NCBI RefSeq assembly: GCF_009914755.1
Contig: NC_060927.1
Direction: 5' to 3' (one strand)
DNA from: the human T2T-CHM13v2.0 reference genome, Homo sapiens
Length of the DNA stretch: 64,000 nt
Part shown: positions 1 to 19,051 of the stretch, piece by piece
Layout of the letters: every line of letters begins with the position of its first letter
Numbering within the stretch: the first letter of the stretch is position 1
Notes under the pieces: model-generated
What the model was told of the DNA's origin: nothing
Databases searched by the model: none
The model's input: the letters and a program-made list of their open reading frames with translations, nothing else
Translations under genes and position numbers: made by a program

Positions 1-2423
1 ATCAACTCAAATCACAGCAGCAGCCACAAAGCAGTTAAAGGAAGGGTCTTGGGAGGGAGAAAGGAAGGTTTTCAGGCTCCTGACTATTTCCCTCACCTGC
101 AATCCCGCTTGCTGCCCATGAGAACACGGTCTTAGCAGAGAACAAGTCAAGGCATCCAGAGCCGTAGGGGCCTTACAGCCCACTCTAGGGTGGCCTAAGT
201 GCTGTAGTCCCCTCCAACATGACATCACTGCAACCTCTAGGGAAAGCCAAATCCAGCTAGGAGACAATAGGAAGGTGATTGTTACTGAGAGGAGACATCA
301 TTCATCTGCATTCTGCTGATCATGTCTTTTGGAGATAGAATTTTCCAGACACTGTTGGATAGAAAAGAGTTAAAAATGCACCTGGGAGAAGAATAGAAGT
401 TGAACGTTAGTCTGCCTTCTGCCAGAATTCCTTGCCCATGACTCTAGAAAGCTGGCGTGGATCTGCTCAGAGTTGGGAAGGGGAAGGGATGACAGAATCT
501 TTGGTCCAGTGGGGCTGGAGCCTTGCCAGGCACTGACCAAGAAAGCCTCAAGGCAGATCAGCGACTCCTGTGGGAAGCAGCACTGGGTGAACCATACTCC
601 AGGGAGTGCTGTGGTACAAAAATAGCTTTCAGGCAGAACTTATTGCAGGTGTGGAAGAGAGAAAGGACTCAAATGGGAAAGAATTAAGAGCTCAAGTGCC
701 TGCCTTTTACAGGTCTACAGGGAGACGTGAAATGATATTTCCAGTTTGGGGCTGGGAAAGACCCAGTCTATTGTTCCTCTGGGGCCCAGTTTGACTGTTT
801 GGATGTAGGCAACAGCACCAAAGTCCTCCAGGGTCATTGAGGCCAGCTGCTTCTGGGCAAGGTGGTATGTGGTAAGTCCAGTGGATGTCACAGTCATAAG
901 CAAGGCTGTACCACCTTTGCTGTCTCTTGGTCTAATGGGAGTTATCTGAGACTCTTGGTCTAATGTGATATTATCTGAGACCAAATGTTAGTGGATCAGT
1001 GCTTTGCAAGTCCTTAGATCGGCCGAGGCGTTGTAGCCAGGAAATGTAACACACACCCAAAAGATGTGTCAGTTGCAGTCAACATGAATTGCTTCCCCTT
1101 CCAGGTAGAAGAGGTCTGATGTAACTAGCTTGCCACCAAGGGGCTGATGGGGCTCCTTGAAGGATGGTTGTCATGTTGAGGTTTTTTTTTTTTTAATTAT
1201 TTTTTCTCATACATCACATGAAGGATGAAGAGGGCTCTATGTTAATCTTTGTTGCTGGAAGATTGGACATTCAACAGTGACAGTAGCTAGAGCATTCTTA
1301 GTGAATGCAGAACCTCTAACCCCGCCACATAGCTTCTCCATTTGTAAACCCATTGTGCCAGAACTGGGGTGGCCAGTGACAGAGGCTGACTGCTGAATGG
1401 ACTGAGTCTCTCTGCCTATTTTGTTACATGGTAACTTCTCCACGGTAGATGCTGTCTGGGGGACAGGAGCATAAGATGCAAAGATTTTCACACTTTGTGC
1501 CAGTTCCCATGGGTCCACACATCCCTGTGTCCCAGACCTCCTTGTCTCTAATCTTCCTATATTTATCCTTCCTAATTTTGCCACTGCCCATATGTCTGTA
1601 ACTTACCTCAGGTTATTTCTCTTGGCCACGAAGTGGTTGAGCATGTGCACTGCCCAAAGTTCGGCCTGTTGGGAAGATTCCTTCTCATTAGTGTCTTTAA
1701 GGGTCCCTGCTGAGTGAGGCTGCAGTGCAGTTGTTCTCTGTTTTCAACTTGCACTGCCATGCTGAATGCACCCACCTGTGGATCAAGCTTGGCCTTTTTC
1801 CTGTTTGCTGGCTGGTCATAAGGGAGCCCAAAAGCAGCTGCCAGGGTGAGCCGAAGGAGGCATGCAGGTGTCACACTGGGGGATGACATGGGGGTCTTGG
1901 CCACCATGGGGATCTTGTGCAGCTTACTCGTGCTCTCTGGCCCTGCTTGTGCCTGATCCCAGATGTTCCACCTTACTATGGATTGCTGTCAAGCCCATCT
2001 GACCTTGTCATTTGGTAGCTCTGACAGATCCCAGCTTGGGATGGACAGTTCTGGCTGCAAGGGTCACTTAATGTCCAATGGTCAAGCCCTCTATCTCTAC
2101 GAGGGCCACCCACAGGTAATTTGTCAAATGGCAATAATTCTCTGCTGCAGACTGAATGGCTTTGCTCTGGAACTTGAGGGATCTACGTGGTGATTCTCTC
2201 ATTGGGGCTTGCCATAAATATATGGCATCTCTTCCCACCACAGATACCTCTAATAGCCCAGGTTCTTCCAGGTTATGTGGCCCCAGAGGCTGAGCTGCTT
2301 GTACTACAGCCTGACTGTGCCAGAGAGCTCTTTTCTGCCTTGAGATCTGTTCAAAGTTGTCAGCCTTCCATGTTCCTAAGAAAATGGGTTGGAGCAGTAT
2401 TCCAAAGTATAAAATATGCCACA

Positions 2424-3123
<700 letters not shown>

Positions 3124-3236
3124 TAATTACTTGTCCTTTGCCTTGGAGAGGATGTCCTAGCAGGACCCAGACCATTGAATCCCTAAAAACCTCATGATGT
3201 GGTGAGCCTCTTAAACTTCTGGAGTCCTTCTAATTC

Positions 3237-3866
<630 letters not shown>

Positions 3867-4216
3867 GGATTGAATTCTTATAGGGTTTATCTCCAACTCT
3901 CTGGAGCCATGTCCTGTTCATCCAGTCCTATTAACACTATCTCGCCCATAGACTGGATCAATATGATGTTTTGCAGGATGCCCAGATGGCCCAGTCCCTT
4001 TACACCATGTTATGACAGACGGCAAGACTTAACATAGCCTTGAGGTAGACTGTAAATGTATATTGTTGTCTGTCCCCACATATATTGAGCTATTTTTGGT
4101 CCTTTTTCTTGTTAGGGATGGGAAAGCCAAATCAATGGTTGGACACCACAGACTTGAAGCAATGTTAATCAGATCTAGGAAGACACCATCTCCACACAGC
4201 AACTTCAGTTGGGGCT

Positions 4217-4574
4217 TGTATTAGTCCGTTTTCATGCTGCTGATAAAGACATACCTAAGACTTGGTAATTTATAAAGAAAAAAAGATTTTACTCACAGTT
4301 CTATGTGGCTGGGGAAGCCTCACAATCATGGCGGAAGGTAAAAGTCACATCTTACATGGCGACAGACAAGAGAGAATGAGAGTCAAGTGAAAGGGAAAAC
4401 CCCTCATAAAACCATCAGATTTCATGAGGCTTATTCACTACCACGAGCACAATATGGGGGGAACCGCCCCCATGATTCAATAATCTCCCACCAGGTCCCT
4501 GCCACAACACATGGGAATTATGGGAGCTACAGTTCAAAATGAGATTTGGGTGGGGACACAGCCAAACCATATCA
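4217..4574 (-). mobile_element. THE1-family MaLR solo LTR inserted in the ERVL RT
   Basis: Termini tgtattagtccgttttc...gggacacagccaaaccatatca; about 360 bp. Confidence 0.85.
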
Positions 4575-5024
4575 CAATTACTATTTGGCTGAGTTTGCAG
4601 TAGTCCTCCATCATCCTCCAGGATCCATTCAATTCTTGCAGGAGTCAGTTTAGTGAATTAAATGGGGGGTAGATGGTGACCACGACCCCTGAATCTTTGA
4701 GATCTTCTAGAGAATTCAATGAAGAAGTAGTTTCAGCTGCATTTTACAGACAAAGAAACTGAAGTTTAGAGAGTTTTACAAATATTTATTGTAAAACTTT
4801 TTTTTGTCAAATCTGTTTGACTCACAAGCTTTTTACTTAATCACTAAGCTACCCAGCCAATAATTGTAATTAGAGTTAATTTAGGAAACTGAAAAAGAGA
4901 TGACTAAATTGCTACATGTCCATAAAACTCCATCATGTTTTTTGTTAGAAATGTTATTAACAAGTCTAATTTTCAGATCAAAAGGGGCCAATTCTGCCTA
5001 ATTTATTAAAAGTGGGAGATAATG

Positions 5025-5335
<311 letters not shown>

Positions 5336-5601
5336 GGGAGATAAAACTCAGTGGAGAAAGTGTTAGTTTTTATTCCTGGCAGCTTTCAGACAAACTGTAT
5401 TTCCTAAACTATATGCCAGGATGTTTCCTCATTTAATTTTTCCAGAATTGTAATGGAAAAAGAAAGAGGAAAAAAAGTTGCCACCCAAAACTAAAATATC
5501 CCTTTCCATATGGAGCAAAGCAGCATGAGGCTGTTGAGAGCCAGAGGATCAACTTTGTGCAAATGAAGCAGTGCAAGGAATGGCTCTCTGTGTGTCCTTA
5601 G

Positions 5602-5785
<184 letters not shown>

Positions 5786-6743
5786 TAAATTTTTTTGTAT
5801 TGTTAGTAAAGACGGGGTTTCATCATGTTGCCCTGGGTGGTCTCAAACTCCTGAGCTCAAGCGATCCACCTGCCTCGGCCTCCCAAAGTGCTGGGATTAC
5901 AGATGTGAGCCACCATGCCTGGCCTGGATCTCAGTTTCTTTATCTGAATAATAATAATATCTGAATAATAATTATATAATATATAATATATATTTGTATA
6001 TTTTATTATTATAATTATTTTATAATTTATCTGAATAATAATTATCTGAATAATAATAGTATCTACCTCAGAGGGTAGCTATGTCTCGCTCATCTCTGAG
6101 TCCCTAAAATATGTGGCACAAAGTAGCATTCAAAGAATATATGCTGAATGAATGAATAAATGAATTTTGAAGATTAAATGAGATGATGTACTTACATGGT
6201 GTATGGTAAATATTAGATTCTATAAGCCAGGTGCAGTGGCTCACGCCTGTAATCCTAGCACTTTGGGAGGCCGAGGTGGGTGGATTATTTGAGGTCAGGA
6301 GTTTGAGACCAGCCTCGCCAACATGATGAAACCCCATCTCTACTAAAAATATAAAAATTGACTGGGCAGACCTGATGGACGCCTGTAATCCCAGCTACTC
6401 AGGAGGCCGACGCAGGAGAATCACTTGAGCCTGGGAGGCAGAGGTTGTGGTGAGCTGAGATCACACCACTGCACTCCTGTCTCAAAAAAAAAAAAGATTC
6501 TATGGTAGCGATTTGATGATACATATTGAAGCTTGAAAAACATGCATGTCTATTGATCCAACAATTCCATTTCTGAAAATGGAAACTTAATCCTAATAAC
6601 TTTAGTAATTTAGAGTAAATTAATGATTATGATAATCTTGGTTAGTCAGGGCCGGGCGCAGTGGCTCATGCCTGTAATCCCCACACTTTGGGCGGCCGAG
6701 GCAGGCGGATCACGAGGTCAGGAGATTGAGACCATCCTGGCTA

Positions 6744-6960
<217 letters not shown>

Positions 6961-8702
6961 TCAGATAATTAAGAATGTACCAGATATTTAGGTAAAAGAA
7001 GGCTCTTGGAAAAACAGTCTAAATGTCCATCATTTTTTTTGGTGAAGAATCTACATGTGTGACATACAGAAAGATTTGATAAGACTATACGTTAAGGTGG
7101 TGGTTCTCAAAGTGTGGCCCAGGGACTGGCAGCGTCAGTGTCATTTGAAAACTTGTCAAAAAATGTAAATTCTTGGGCCCCATCCCACATCTACTGAATC
7201 AGAAATTCCAGGGTGGGACACAGACATCTGGATTATTTTTGTTTGGTTGGTTTTTTTTTGAGACAAAGTCTTGCTCTGTCACCCAGGCTGGAGTGCAGTG
7301 GTGCAATCATGACTCACTGTACCCTCAACTTCCCAGGCTCAGGTGGATTCTCTCACCTCAGCCTCCCAAGTAGCTGGGACTACAGGCACACACTAGCATG
7401 CCCAGCTAATTTTTGTATTTTTAGTAGAGATGGGAGTTCACCATGTTGGCCAGGCTGGTCTTGAACTCCTGACCTCGTGATCTGCCCACCTTGGCCTCCC
7501 AATGTACTGGGATTACAGGCATGAACCATGGCGCCCGGCCCATTTTTTGTAGAGATAGGATTTCACCATGTTGCCTATGTTGATCTCAAACTCCTGGGCT
7601 CAAGTGATCCGCCCACCTAGGCCTCTCAAGTGCATTCAAGTTTGGGAATCACTGCTCTAACCACTGTTACTAGAAGTTGTTTATGAGTGAGAGTATGAAT
7701 ATATTAATACATATGTTTTAGAGACAGTCTCTCTCTGTCATCCTGGCTGGAGTGCAACGGTGCAATCACAGCTCACTGGGGCCTCCAACTTCCGGACTCA
7801 AATCATTTTCCCACCTCAGCTTCCCAAATAGCTAGGACTATAGGTGGGTACCACTGTGCCTAGCAATTTTAAAGATTTTTGTGGCGATGGAGTCTTGCTA
7901 TATTGCTCAGGCTGGTCTCAAACTCCTGGGCTCAAGCAATCTTCTGCTTCAGCCTCCTAAAGTTCTGGGATTATAGTTGTGAGCCGCTGTGCCTGGACTT
8001 AATATTCTTATATTTCCTGGCTTTCCTGGAGTAAGATTACATTACCAACTGATATAAGAAATACCTACTAAAATTTTATTTTGAAAAGAAGAAAAAGTAG
8101 GCCAGGCACAGTGGCTCACACCTGTAATCCCAGCTCTTTGGGAGGCTGAGGTGGGAGGATTTTTTGAAACCGGAAGTTTGAAACCAGCCTGAGGAACATA
8201 GTGAAATCCCATTTCAAAATAAAAGCTTGGTCTGGTGGCCTGTGTCTTTAGTCTTGGCTACCTGGGATGCTGAGGTTTGCTTGAACCCAGGAGGTTGAGG
8301 CTGCAGTTTGCTGTGACTGGGCAGAGGCACTGGAGCCTGGATGACAGAGCAAGATCCTATCTAAAAAAAAAAAAAAAAGAAAAGAAGAAGAAACAAGAAG
8401 GAAGAAGGAAGAAGATCCCGAGTAGAAGTGAAAGGGGAGAAAAAAGTTATGAAAACAAACAAAAAACAAGAGAAAAAAAAGCATTCTTATCTCCCCAACA
8501 TAGTTTCTTCTCCTGCCTTAGCTTTCTCCCCACATGAATGGAATGGTATGTACTTATGAGGTTGATTGATATCCCTGTTATTTTGTAGCTGCTTTTGTTT
8601 TCATTTAGTATTGCACGGCATTCCTGTATGAGGGAAGTCTAGCTAAACTTTAAAAAACATTACACAGCAGCATTTCCCATGATGTCACAGTCTTCAGAAT
8701 AA

Positions 8703-8830
8703 GATATATATGTGTGTATATATATGTATATATATGTGTATATGTGTATATATGTATATATGTGTATATGTGTATATATGTATATATGTGTATATATGTA
8801 TATAAGTGTATATATGTATATATATGTGTA

Positions 8831-8869
<39 letters not shown>
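8703..8869. repeat. (TA/TG) compound microsatellite at an Alu tail
   Basis: tatatatgtgtgtatatatatg... (tg)n(ta)n. Confidence 0.95.
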
Positions 8870-8965
8870 TTTTTTTAGAAGACAAGTCTCATTCTGTCAC
8901 CCAGGCCGAAGTTGCAGTGGCAGGATCACAGTTCACTGCAGCCTTGAACTCCTGGGTGCAAGTAA

Positions 8966-9265
<300 letters not shown>

Positions 9266-9579
9266 TAGTTGTTTCCAATTTTTCACCAACATAAATAATG
9301 CTGCCACCAATATTTGCACATACACCTTTTCCTAAATTTCAAATTATGTCCTTAGGATAGATTCCCAGAACCTGGGTTGCTGGATCAAAGGGTAGGAACA
9401 TTTTTATGGCTTCTGCTGGGTGTTGCCAGACTGCTCTCCCGATGAGTGGCTACTGGTTTATGCTGCCGTTAGCGTCGTACAAGACTGCCAGTTTCCACTA
9501 GGCCTTCCTAGTGTGAGGTATTATGATTGAAAATAGTTTTGCTATTTTAATGAGAAAATAAACCTCTCCATTGTTTTAA

Positions 9580-10187
<608 letters not shown>

Positions 10188-10232
10188 AGACAATTAACAG
10201 CTTCCCCCACCCCTTAAAAATAAGCTAGTTAA

Positions 10233-10611
<379 letters not shown>

Positions 10612-11152
10612 TCAGTTTCTTCATCTCCAAAATGGAGTGGTACCAAAGTGATTGTAAAGTCAAGTGAGATAAAGTCTGGGGTAACTTCTTTTAACAGTGT
10701 AGGTATTCATTACCATAATCCCACTCAGCCTCAAATTTACCTAATATTTACCTGTGTATCATAAAACCTTCTGCTTTGTCAATAATCTTTTTTTTTTCCC
10801 CTTTTGAAACGGGGTCTCACTTTGTCACCCATGCTGGAGTTCAGCGGCATGATCTTGGCTCACTTCAACCTCCACCTCCCGGGTTCAAGTGATTCTCCTG
10901 CCTCAGCCTTCTGAGAGTAGCTGGGATTATAGGCGCGCACCACCACGCCCAGCTAATTTTTGTATTTTTAGTAGAGACGGGGTTTTGCCATGTTGGCCCG
11001 GCTGGTCTTGAATTCCTGACCTCAGGTGATCTGCCCTCGGCCTCCCAAAATACTGGGATTACAGATGTGAGCCACCATGACCGGCCAGCAATCTTGAAAA
11101 CTTCCACCGCATCCCAAATCTTGAAAAACCTCTCTCTCTTTGTGTGCGTATG

Positions 11153-11298
11153 AGACAGAGAGAGAGGAGTGAGAGACAGAGGAGAGAGAGAGGAGAGAGA
11201 GGAGTGAGAGACAGAGGAGAAGGAGAGAGGAGAGAGGAGAGAGAGAGAGACAGAGAGAGACAGAGACAGAGAGAGAGACAGACAGAGAGAGAGAGAGA
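11153..11298. repeat. GA-rich polypurine simple repeat
   Basis: gagacagagagagaggag... array. Confidence 0.9.
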
Positions 11299-11715
11299 CC
11301 TGAGGTCTTAGAAGACCTGAGGTCTTAGAAGGCTGGAGGCAAGGTCCCTCCTTTCCATTCTTTAATTTCCTCCGTTTTTCGAGGGAAACACTACGACTTG
11401 TTTGGAGTCTTACGGATAAGAGCCCTCTGTTACTAATGATATTAATAATGGCATCTGTTAATGAGGACGTCGTTATTATCTAACATTGGCAGGAGAAGAA
11501 AGCTCCGCGGCACAAGGGAGCAACCTCTCGTGTTCTGCAGACCCGATTTCGCATTTGGGAGAAGAGCTCTACTCCCCACAAAAGTCAGTGACACTCCAGA
11601 CCCTGCAGAGACGCCTCCAGGGTGCGAAGTGGACTCTGGCCGACCTGTCAGGGGCAGCAGCCAGAATCCATCAGTTAACCACTCTGAAGGAAGTTTCTGC
11701 TTCAACGTTTTCCCC

Positions 11716-11770
11716 GTTGCTAGGAAACACTGCTTTGCCGCTGCTCATTGGTTAGCGCCCCCTCTTGTGT
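11716..11770. promoter_or_regulatory. Motif cluster: RFX X-box, CCAAT box, CTCF site
   Basis: GTTGCTAGGAAAC 11716-11728; ATTGG 11747-11751; minus-strand ACAAGAGGGGGCGCTA 11753-11768; locally raised CpG. Confidence 0.55.
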
Positions 11771-12617
11771 CTATGCCCTGTAATAGCACCCACAGTTGAG
11801 CAAACAGTAAAGACTAACACATGATTTAAATCGTCTTTATTGTGAAATATAACATACAGAAAAGTATCTAGGATATACATACAGCTTGGAAAATAGATAT
11901 TGTGTATCTATTGTGTAACCACCACCTACAAAAACAAAGCATTGCCAGCGCATTAGACACTGGCCCTGCTTCTCTCCCTCCTTCTCCCCAGCAGGTGTTT
12001 ATCTTTTCACTTTCCTTACAGTTTTATTACCTGTATGTATGTATCCTTTTTTAATATTTTATTTTCTTTGTTTTCTGGCTGCTCCTCCAATTTGCCCTGC
12101 TTGTTTCTGCCTCAGGGGCTTCGTACTTGCTATTCCTTCTGCCTGAAACACTTTTCCTCCAGACAGCCGCATAGCTAGTCCTTCACTTCCTTTGCCCAAC
12201 GTCATCTTTTCAGTGAGCACTTCCCCAGCACTCCCTGTCCCCTGCTTTTTTTTTTTTTTTTTTTTTTTTGACACTGAGTTTCACTCTTGTCACCCAGGCT
12301 GGAGTGCTCACTGCAACTTCCACCTCCTGGGTTCAAGCGATTCTCCTGCCTCAGCCTTTCAAGTAGCTGGAATTACAGCCACCCACCACCATGCCCACCT
12401 AATTATTGTAGTTTTAGTAGAGACAGGGTTTCACCGTGTTGGCCAGGCTGGTCTCAAACTCCTGACCTCAGGTGATCCACCTTCCTCGGCCTCTCAAAGT
12501 GCTGGGATTACAGGCGTGAGCCACTGTGCCCAGCCCCCTCTTCTTACATAGCACTTAGCACCCTCTGACACATTTTTCTTACCTCCATCTTCCTCCACTA
12601 GAGTTGAAGCTACAACA

Positions 12618-12850
12618 GAGTTTCTCAGCTTCAGCACTATTGCCGTCTGAGGCTGGAGAATTCATTGTTATGGAGGCCTAGCCCGTGCACTGCAGGGCAT
12701 TTGGGAGTATCCCTGGCCTTTACAAACCAGATGCCAGTTGCGCCCTCCTCACCATGGTTGTGACAACTAAAAGTGTCTCCAGGCATTGCCAAATGTTCCC
12801 TGGTTGGTGGTGCGGCAGGATGGTGGCCAGGGCAAAAATCACCTCACTGA
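12618..12850. mobile_element. MER20-like hAT DNA transposon fossil
   Basis: tttctcagcttcagcactattg...tctccaggcattgccaaatgttccctgg; a related copy lies at about 42283-42460. Confidence 0.65.
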
Positions 12851-13020
12851 GAATTGCTAAGACTTTGGGCTGGCTTTGTTTACCCCTTGTCTAAAACACA
12901 GTCAGGTAGCCAGTAAGTGTTTACTCATCTCAGTCTCAGCAGAGCCTGGCACACAGAGTGAAGTCTCAATAGAAGTTTGATGAATGAGGCCGGGTGCCAT
13001 GGTTCATGCCTATAATCCTA

Positions 13021-13335
<315 letters not shown>

Positions 13336-14185
13336 CTAAATGACTCACTGAATGAGTGATACAGTGACCTCAAGGGTTGACAGCTGCCTTTGAATCTTAC
13401 CAAATTATTTCCTTTAGTTTTTACTCCAACCAAAGAGTGTTGGTGTGGGAAATTCATCAAGAATATAGGCTTGAGGTCAATTGAAAGGAACCTTGCCTAT
13501 AATCCCAGCACTTTGGGAGGCCGAGGCAGGCGGATCAACTGAGGTCAGGAGTTCGAGACCAGCCTGACCAACATGGTGAAACCCCATCTCTACTTAAAAT
13601 ACAAAAATTAGCTGGGCGTGGTGGTGTGTGCCTGTAATCCTAGCTACTCGGGAGGCTGAGACAGGAGACTTGCTTGAACCCAGGAGGCGAAGGTTGCAGT
13701 GAGCCAAGATCACACCACTGCACTTCAGCCTGGACAACAGAACAAGGCTCAGTTTCAAAAAAAAAAGAAAAGAAAAGAAAAAGAAAGAAAGGGATCTTGT
13801 CAAGGTTCCCCTGGGACACCTTTCTTAGCCAAATAACTTGAAAAAGTTTTCTACACTCCATGTCTCCATGTTTCTACTCCCTCACCAACTAGGCTCGCTC
13901 ACTTGACTCCACCCTGAACTCTGCCCTTAGCACTCCCCTGAAACTGCTCTGGATCAAGTCACCAGTGGCTTCCTTGTTATGAAACCCATCAGCACTGCAA
14001 AGATGGAGTAACAGAGACTGGGTTTGCCTCCCACTGGAAACAACTAAAAATCGGACAACACATGTGAAACAACCATTTTTAGACATTGGACATCAGACAG
14101 TGGAAGGCTGTGACCCCCAGAGAGGGGAAGCAAACGATGTGAGTTCCACAGTTGCCCTGGTCTACAGGCTGCAGTGCAGAGAAGG

Positions 14186-15285
<1,100 letters not shown>

Positions 15286-15541
15286 AGAGTAGCCCAGGCA
15301 TGGTCCGATGATCTTACTGGATTGAAGAGATGGGGGTCTGGGGAGGTGAAGGCCACTGAAGTTCTCAGAGCCGACCACCACAGCAGACACTGCTGCAGAG
15401 AGAGAGCGATCCCTGGACATCTCCAGAGGGTCCTGCTCATGTCTTCAGCTGAGTGCTGATCAATGCATGCATGAGACAAGACTCAGCAGCATTTTTCATT
15501 CTTCACTTACTTTATTCCTCAGAAGTTCTTGACACAACTAA

Positions 15542-15721
<180 letters not shown>

Positions 15722-15750
15722 TAATTCTTTTTCTTTTTTTTTGAGACTGA

Positions 15751-16178
<428 letters not shown>

Positions 16179-17394
16179 TGAGGGTCTTCAAAGTTTGATC
16201 TTCAGCCCTATTCTCTTCCTATTCCACATTTGGTCCCCAGCACCTCACATAATGGCCGCCACATACTAGGAACTCAAATATGTATTGATTTCCTGTTGTT
16301 CAGGTAGGTGTTCACAACTCCTAGAGTGTTGTGAGGCTTTTCACCTGTTTCCCAGCCCCATATATCCAACTGCATGAGACGTGCATCCTCTTACATGTCC
16401 CTTAAATACCTCAAAATCATCACATCCAAGATAGAATGTGTCATGTGCTCCAGATGTTCCTCCCCAAATACATTCTGTTCTTTCATGACACTGGAGGCAG
16501 GTTGGAAGCACAGGCACTCCACTAGAGACTACATTTCCCAGCCTCCTTTGCGGTTAAGGGTGGTTAGTGACTAAGTTCTTATGGTAGAATGGGAATTAAA
16601 ATGATGTACACAATTTCTGTGTCCTTGCTTAAAAAGAATTTTCTTATCTTCTATGTCCTCTCATCTCCCTGCCCATAGACCGGAACGCAGACAGAGTGAC
16701 CACTTAGCTTTGATCCTACAGACTAAGATAACCCTCTAAGACACAACTGAGCCACAGATGGGTCCCTGAGTGACTATGTGGAGCAGAGTTATCCCACCAG
16801 TCTGGACTGCTCAACTCTGGAATGCTACTGGAAGAAAAACAAAGTCCTAATTTATTTAAGCCACTGTATTTTTGTATCTCTTTGTCATAAAGCTGAAAGG
16901 TCTATTCCTAACTAATCTACACACAAACCTGCTTTCCCATCCACATTTAGAAAAGAACATACTGTCATTGCTGTATGACAAGCTTCTTAGGCTGTAAGGA
17001 ACAGAAATTCCAACTCAAATTGGGTGAAAGAAAGAGGGAAGTTTCTTGCTTCATAAAATAGGGTTAACTTCATGGGCAGCTTGATCCAGAAGGTAACATT
17101 GTCATCAGGGCTTGGTTTCTCAGCTTCTCTGGGTTCTACTCCACTTCCTGTAGACTCATTCTCAGACTGGCCCCTATATAGAGCAAGATGGTGGCCATGA
17201 TGCCAAAGTTCACAGCCTTGCATCATGAAATGCAACAGAGAAGTAGTTGCTTCTCTTAGAAGCCCCAGCAAAAGTCTCCGTTTCAATGATCTATTGCAGT
17301 GTAATAAACCATTGCAAAGCTTAGTGGCTTAAAACACAGCAATTTGCTGTTTTTCATGATTCTTCAATGGGGTCTGAGCGCAGCTGTGCGGTTG

Positions 17395-17680
17395 AAGAGC
17401 AAGGGTGGAGAAAGAAGAAGAGGGACAGTGGGGAAAGGGGACAGAAGAACAGGGACAGTGGAATGTGGAAAAGTTGGGGAAGGGGTGGGTGGGGAAAGGG
17501 GAAAAGTGGAAAGGGGGAAAGAAGGGGAGCAGTGGGGAAAAATGGGGAGGAAGGTGGGGAAAAAGGAAAGAAGAGAGGACAGTGGCAAAAAGTGGAGGAA
17601 AAGGTGGGGAACAAAGGTGGGGAAAGGGGAAAGAAGAAGCAGGACACTGGGGAAGAGAAGAAAAAAGAGGAGAGGCAGGA
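17395..17680 (+). repeat. Purine/G-rich low-complexity tract inside an MLT-like LTR
   Basis: Repeated gtgggg(a)aaagggg units; almost no pyrimidines. Confidence 0.8.
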
Positions 17681-18119
17681 GCTGTCAGGCCTCTTAAAGG
17701 CCCGCCTGGGACAGTCGCATGTCACTTGTGCTATAGTCCGTTGGTCAAGGCAAGTCACCATTCCATCTGAGATTGAAGGGGAGAGGAAGCTGACTGCCAC
17801 TTGATGGCAGGGGCAACACATGCACCCAAGGTGAGTGGAGATTGGTGGCTTCATCTTTGGAGACTAGCTATTTGATGACCTGTTGGTTCTGTTCAGTTCT
17901 GAGCCTGAATTAGTTGGTTTACAGACTATGCTGCTGTGCCAAAGACACCCAAAAATGGGAGAAGGAAGAATAGACTCTGGCGGACAGCTAGTGCTTCTGT
18001 CTTGTGCTCATGAATCAATGACTAGAATAGGCTGATTGGCAAAATGCCAGTCAAGACCCATCCTTTGGGCTAGTGGTGGGGTCAACCCTCCCAAAACTCA
18101 CTGGGTACAGGTTTTATTT

Positions 18120-18642
18120 ATTTTTACCTTTTAAAAAATTGGGATATAATATGCAAAATGTAAAATTATAACCATTTTTAAGTGTGCAATTTAGCAACAA
18201 TAAGTACATTCACGAGGTCTTGAAATCATCACCATTATTCATCTCCAGAACTTTTTAATCACTGCAAACAAAACACTCTGTACATGTTAAGCATAACTCT
18301 CTATCTCACCCTTCCCTCAGCTCCTGGTATCTTCTTTCTGTCTCTATGAATTTGCCTATTCTAGGTGTTCATAAGTGGAATCATACAATATTGTGTGTGC
18401 GTGTCTGGCTTATTTCACTTAGCATTATGTTTTCAAGGTCTATCCATGGTGTAGCAGAAATCAGGATTTTATTCCCTTTTATGGCTAAATCATATTGCAT
18501 ACAATGGATAGGCCACATTTTGTTTACCCATTCATCTGTTGATGGACACTTCGGTTGTTTCCACTTTTTGGCTATCATAAACACTGATGCTATGAACATT
18601 GGTGTACAAGTACCTCTTTGAGTCCCTATTTTCAATTCTTTT
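18120..18642 (-). mobile_element. L1M (L1MB-like) 3' fragment
   Basis: gtctggcttatttcacttagcat...catctgttgatggacact. Confidence 0.8.
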
Positions 18643-18943
18643 AATTTTTTTTTTTTTTTTTTTTTTTTGACAGAGTCTTGCTCTGTCGCCCAGGCTGGAG
18701 TGCAGTGGCACGATCTTTGGCCTGGCCAACATGGTGAAACCCCATCTCTACTAAAAATACACAAAAATTAGCTGGGCGTGGTGGCTTATGCCTGTAATCC
18801 CAGCACTTTGGGAGGCTGAGGCGGGCAGATCACTTGAGGCCGGGAGTTTGAAACCAGCCTGGCCAACATGGTGAAATCCTGTCTCTACTAAAAATACAAA
18901 AAAATTAGCTGGGTGTGGTGGCATGTGCCTGTAATCTCAGCTA

Positions 18944-19051
<108 letters not shown>

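Noticed and set aside
11716-11751. MHC class II-like X-Y module (CCTAGCAAC plus CCAAT)
   Set aside because: The relative order and orientation of the X and Y boxes differ from the MHC-II S-X-Y module, and there is no X2 CRE.
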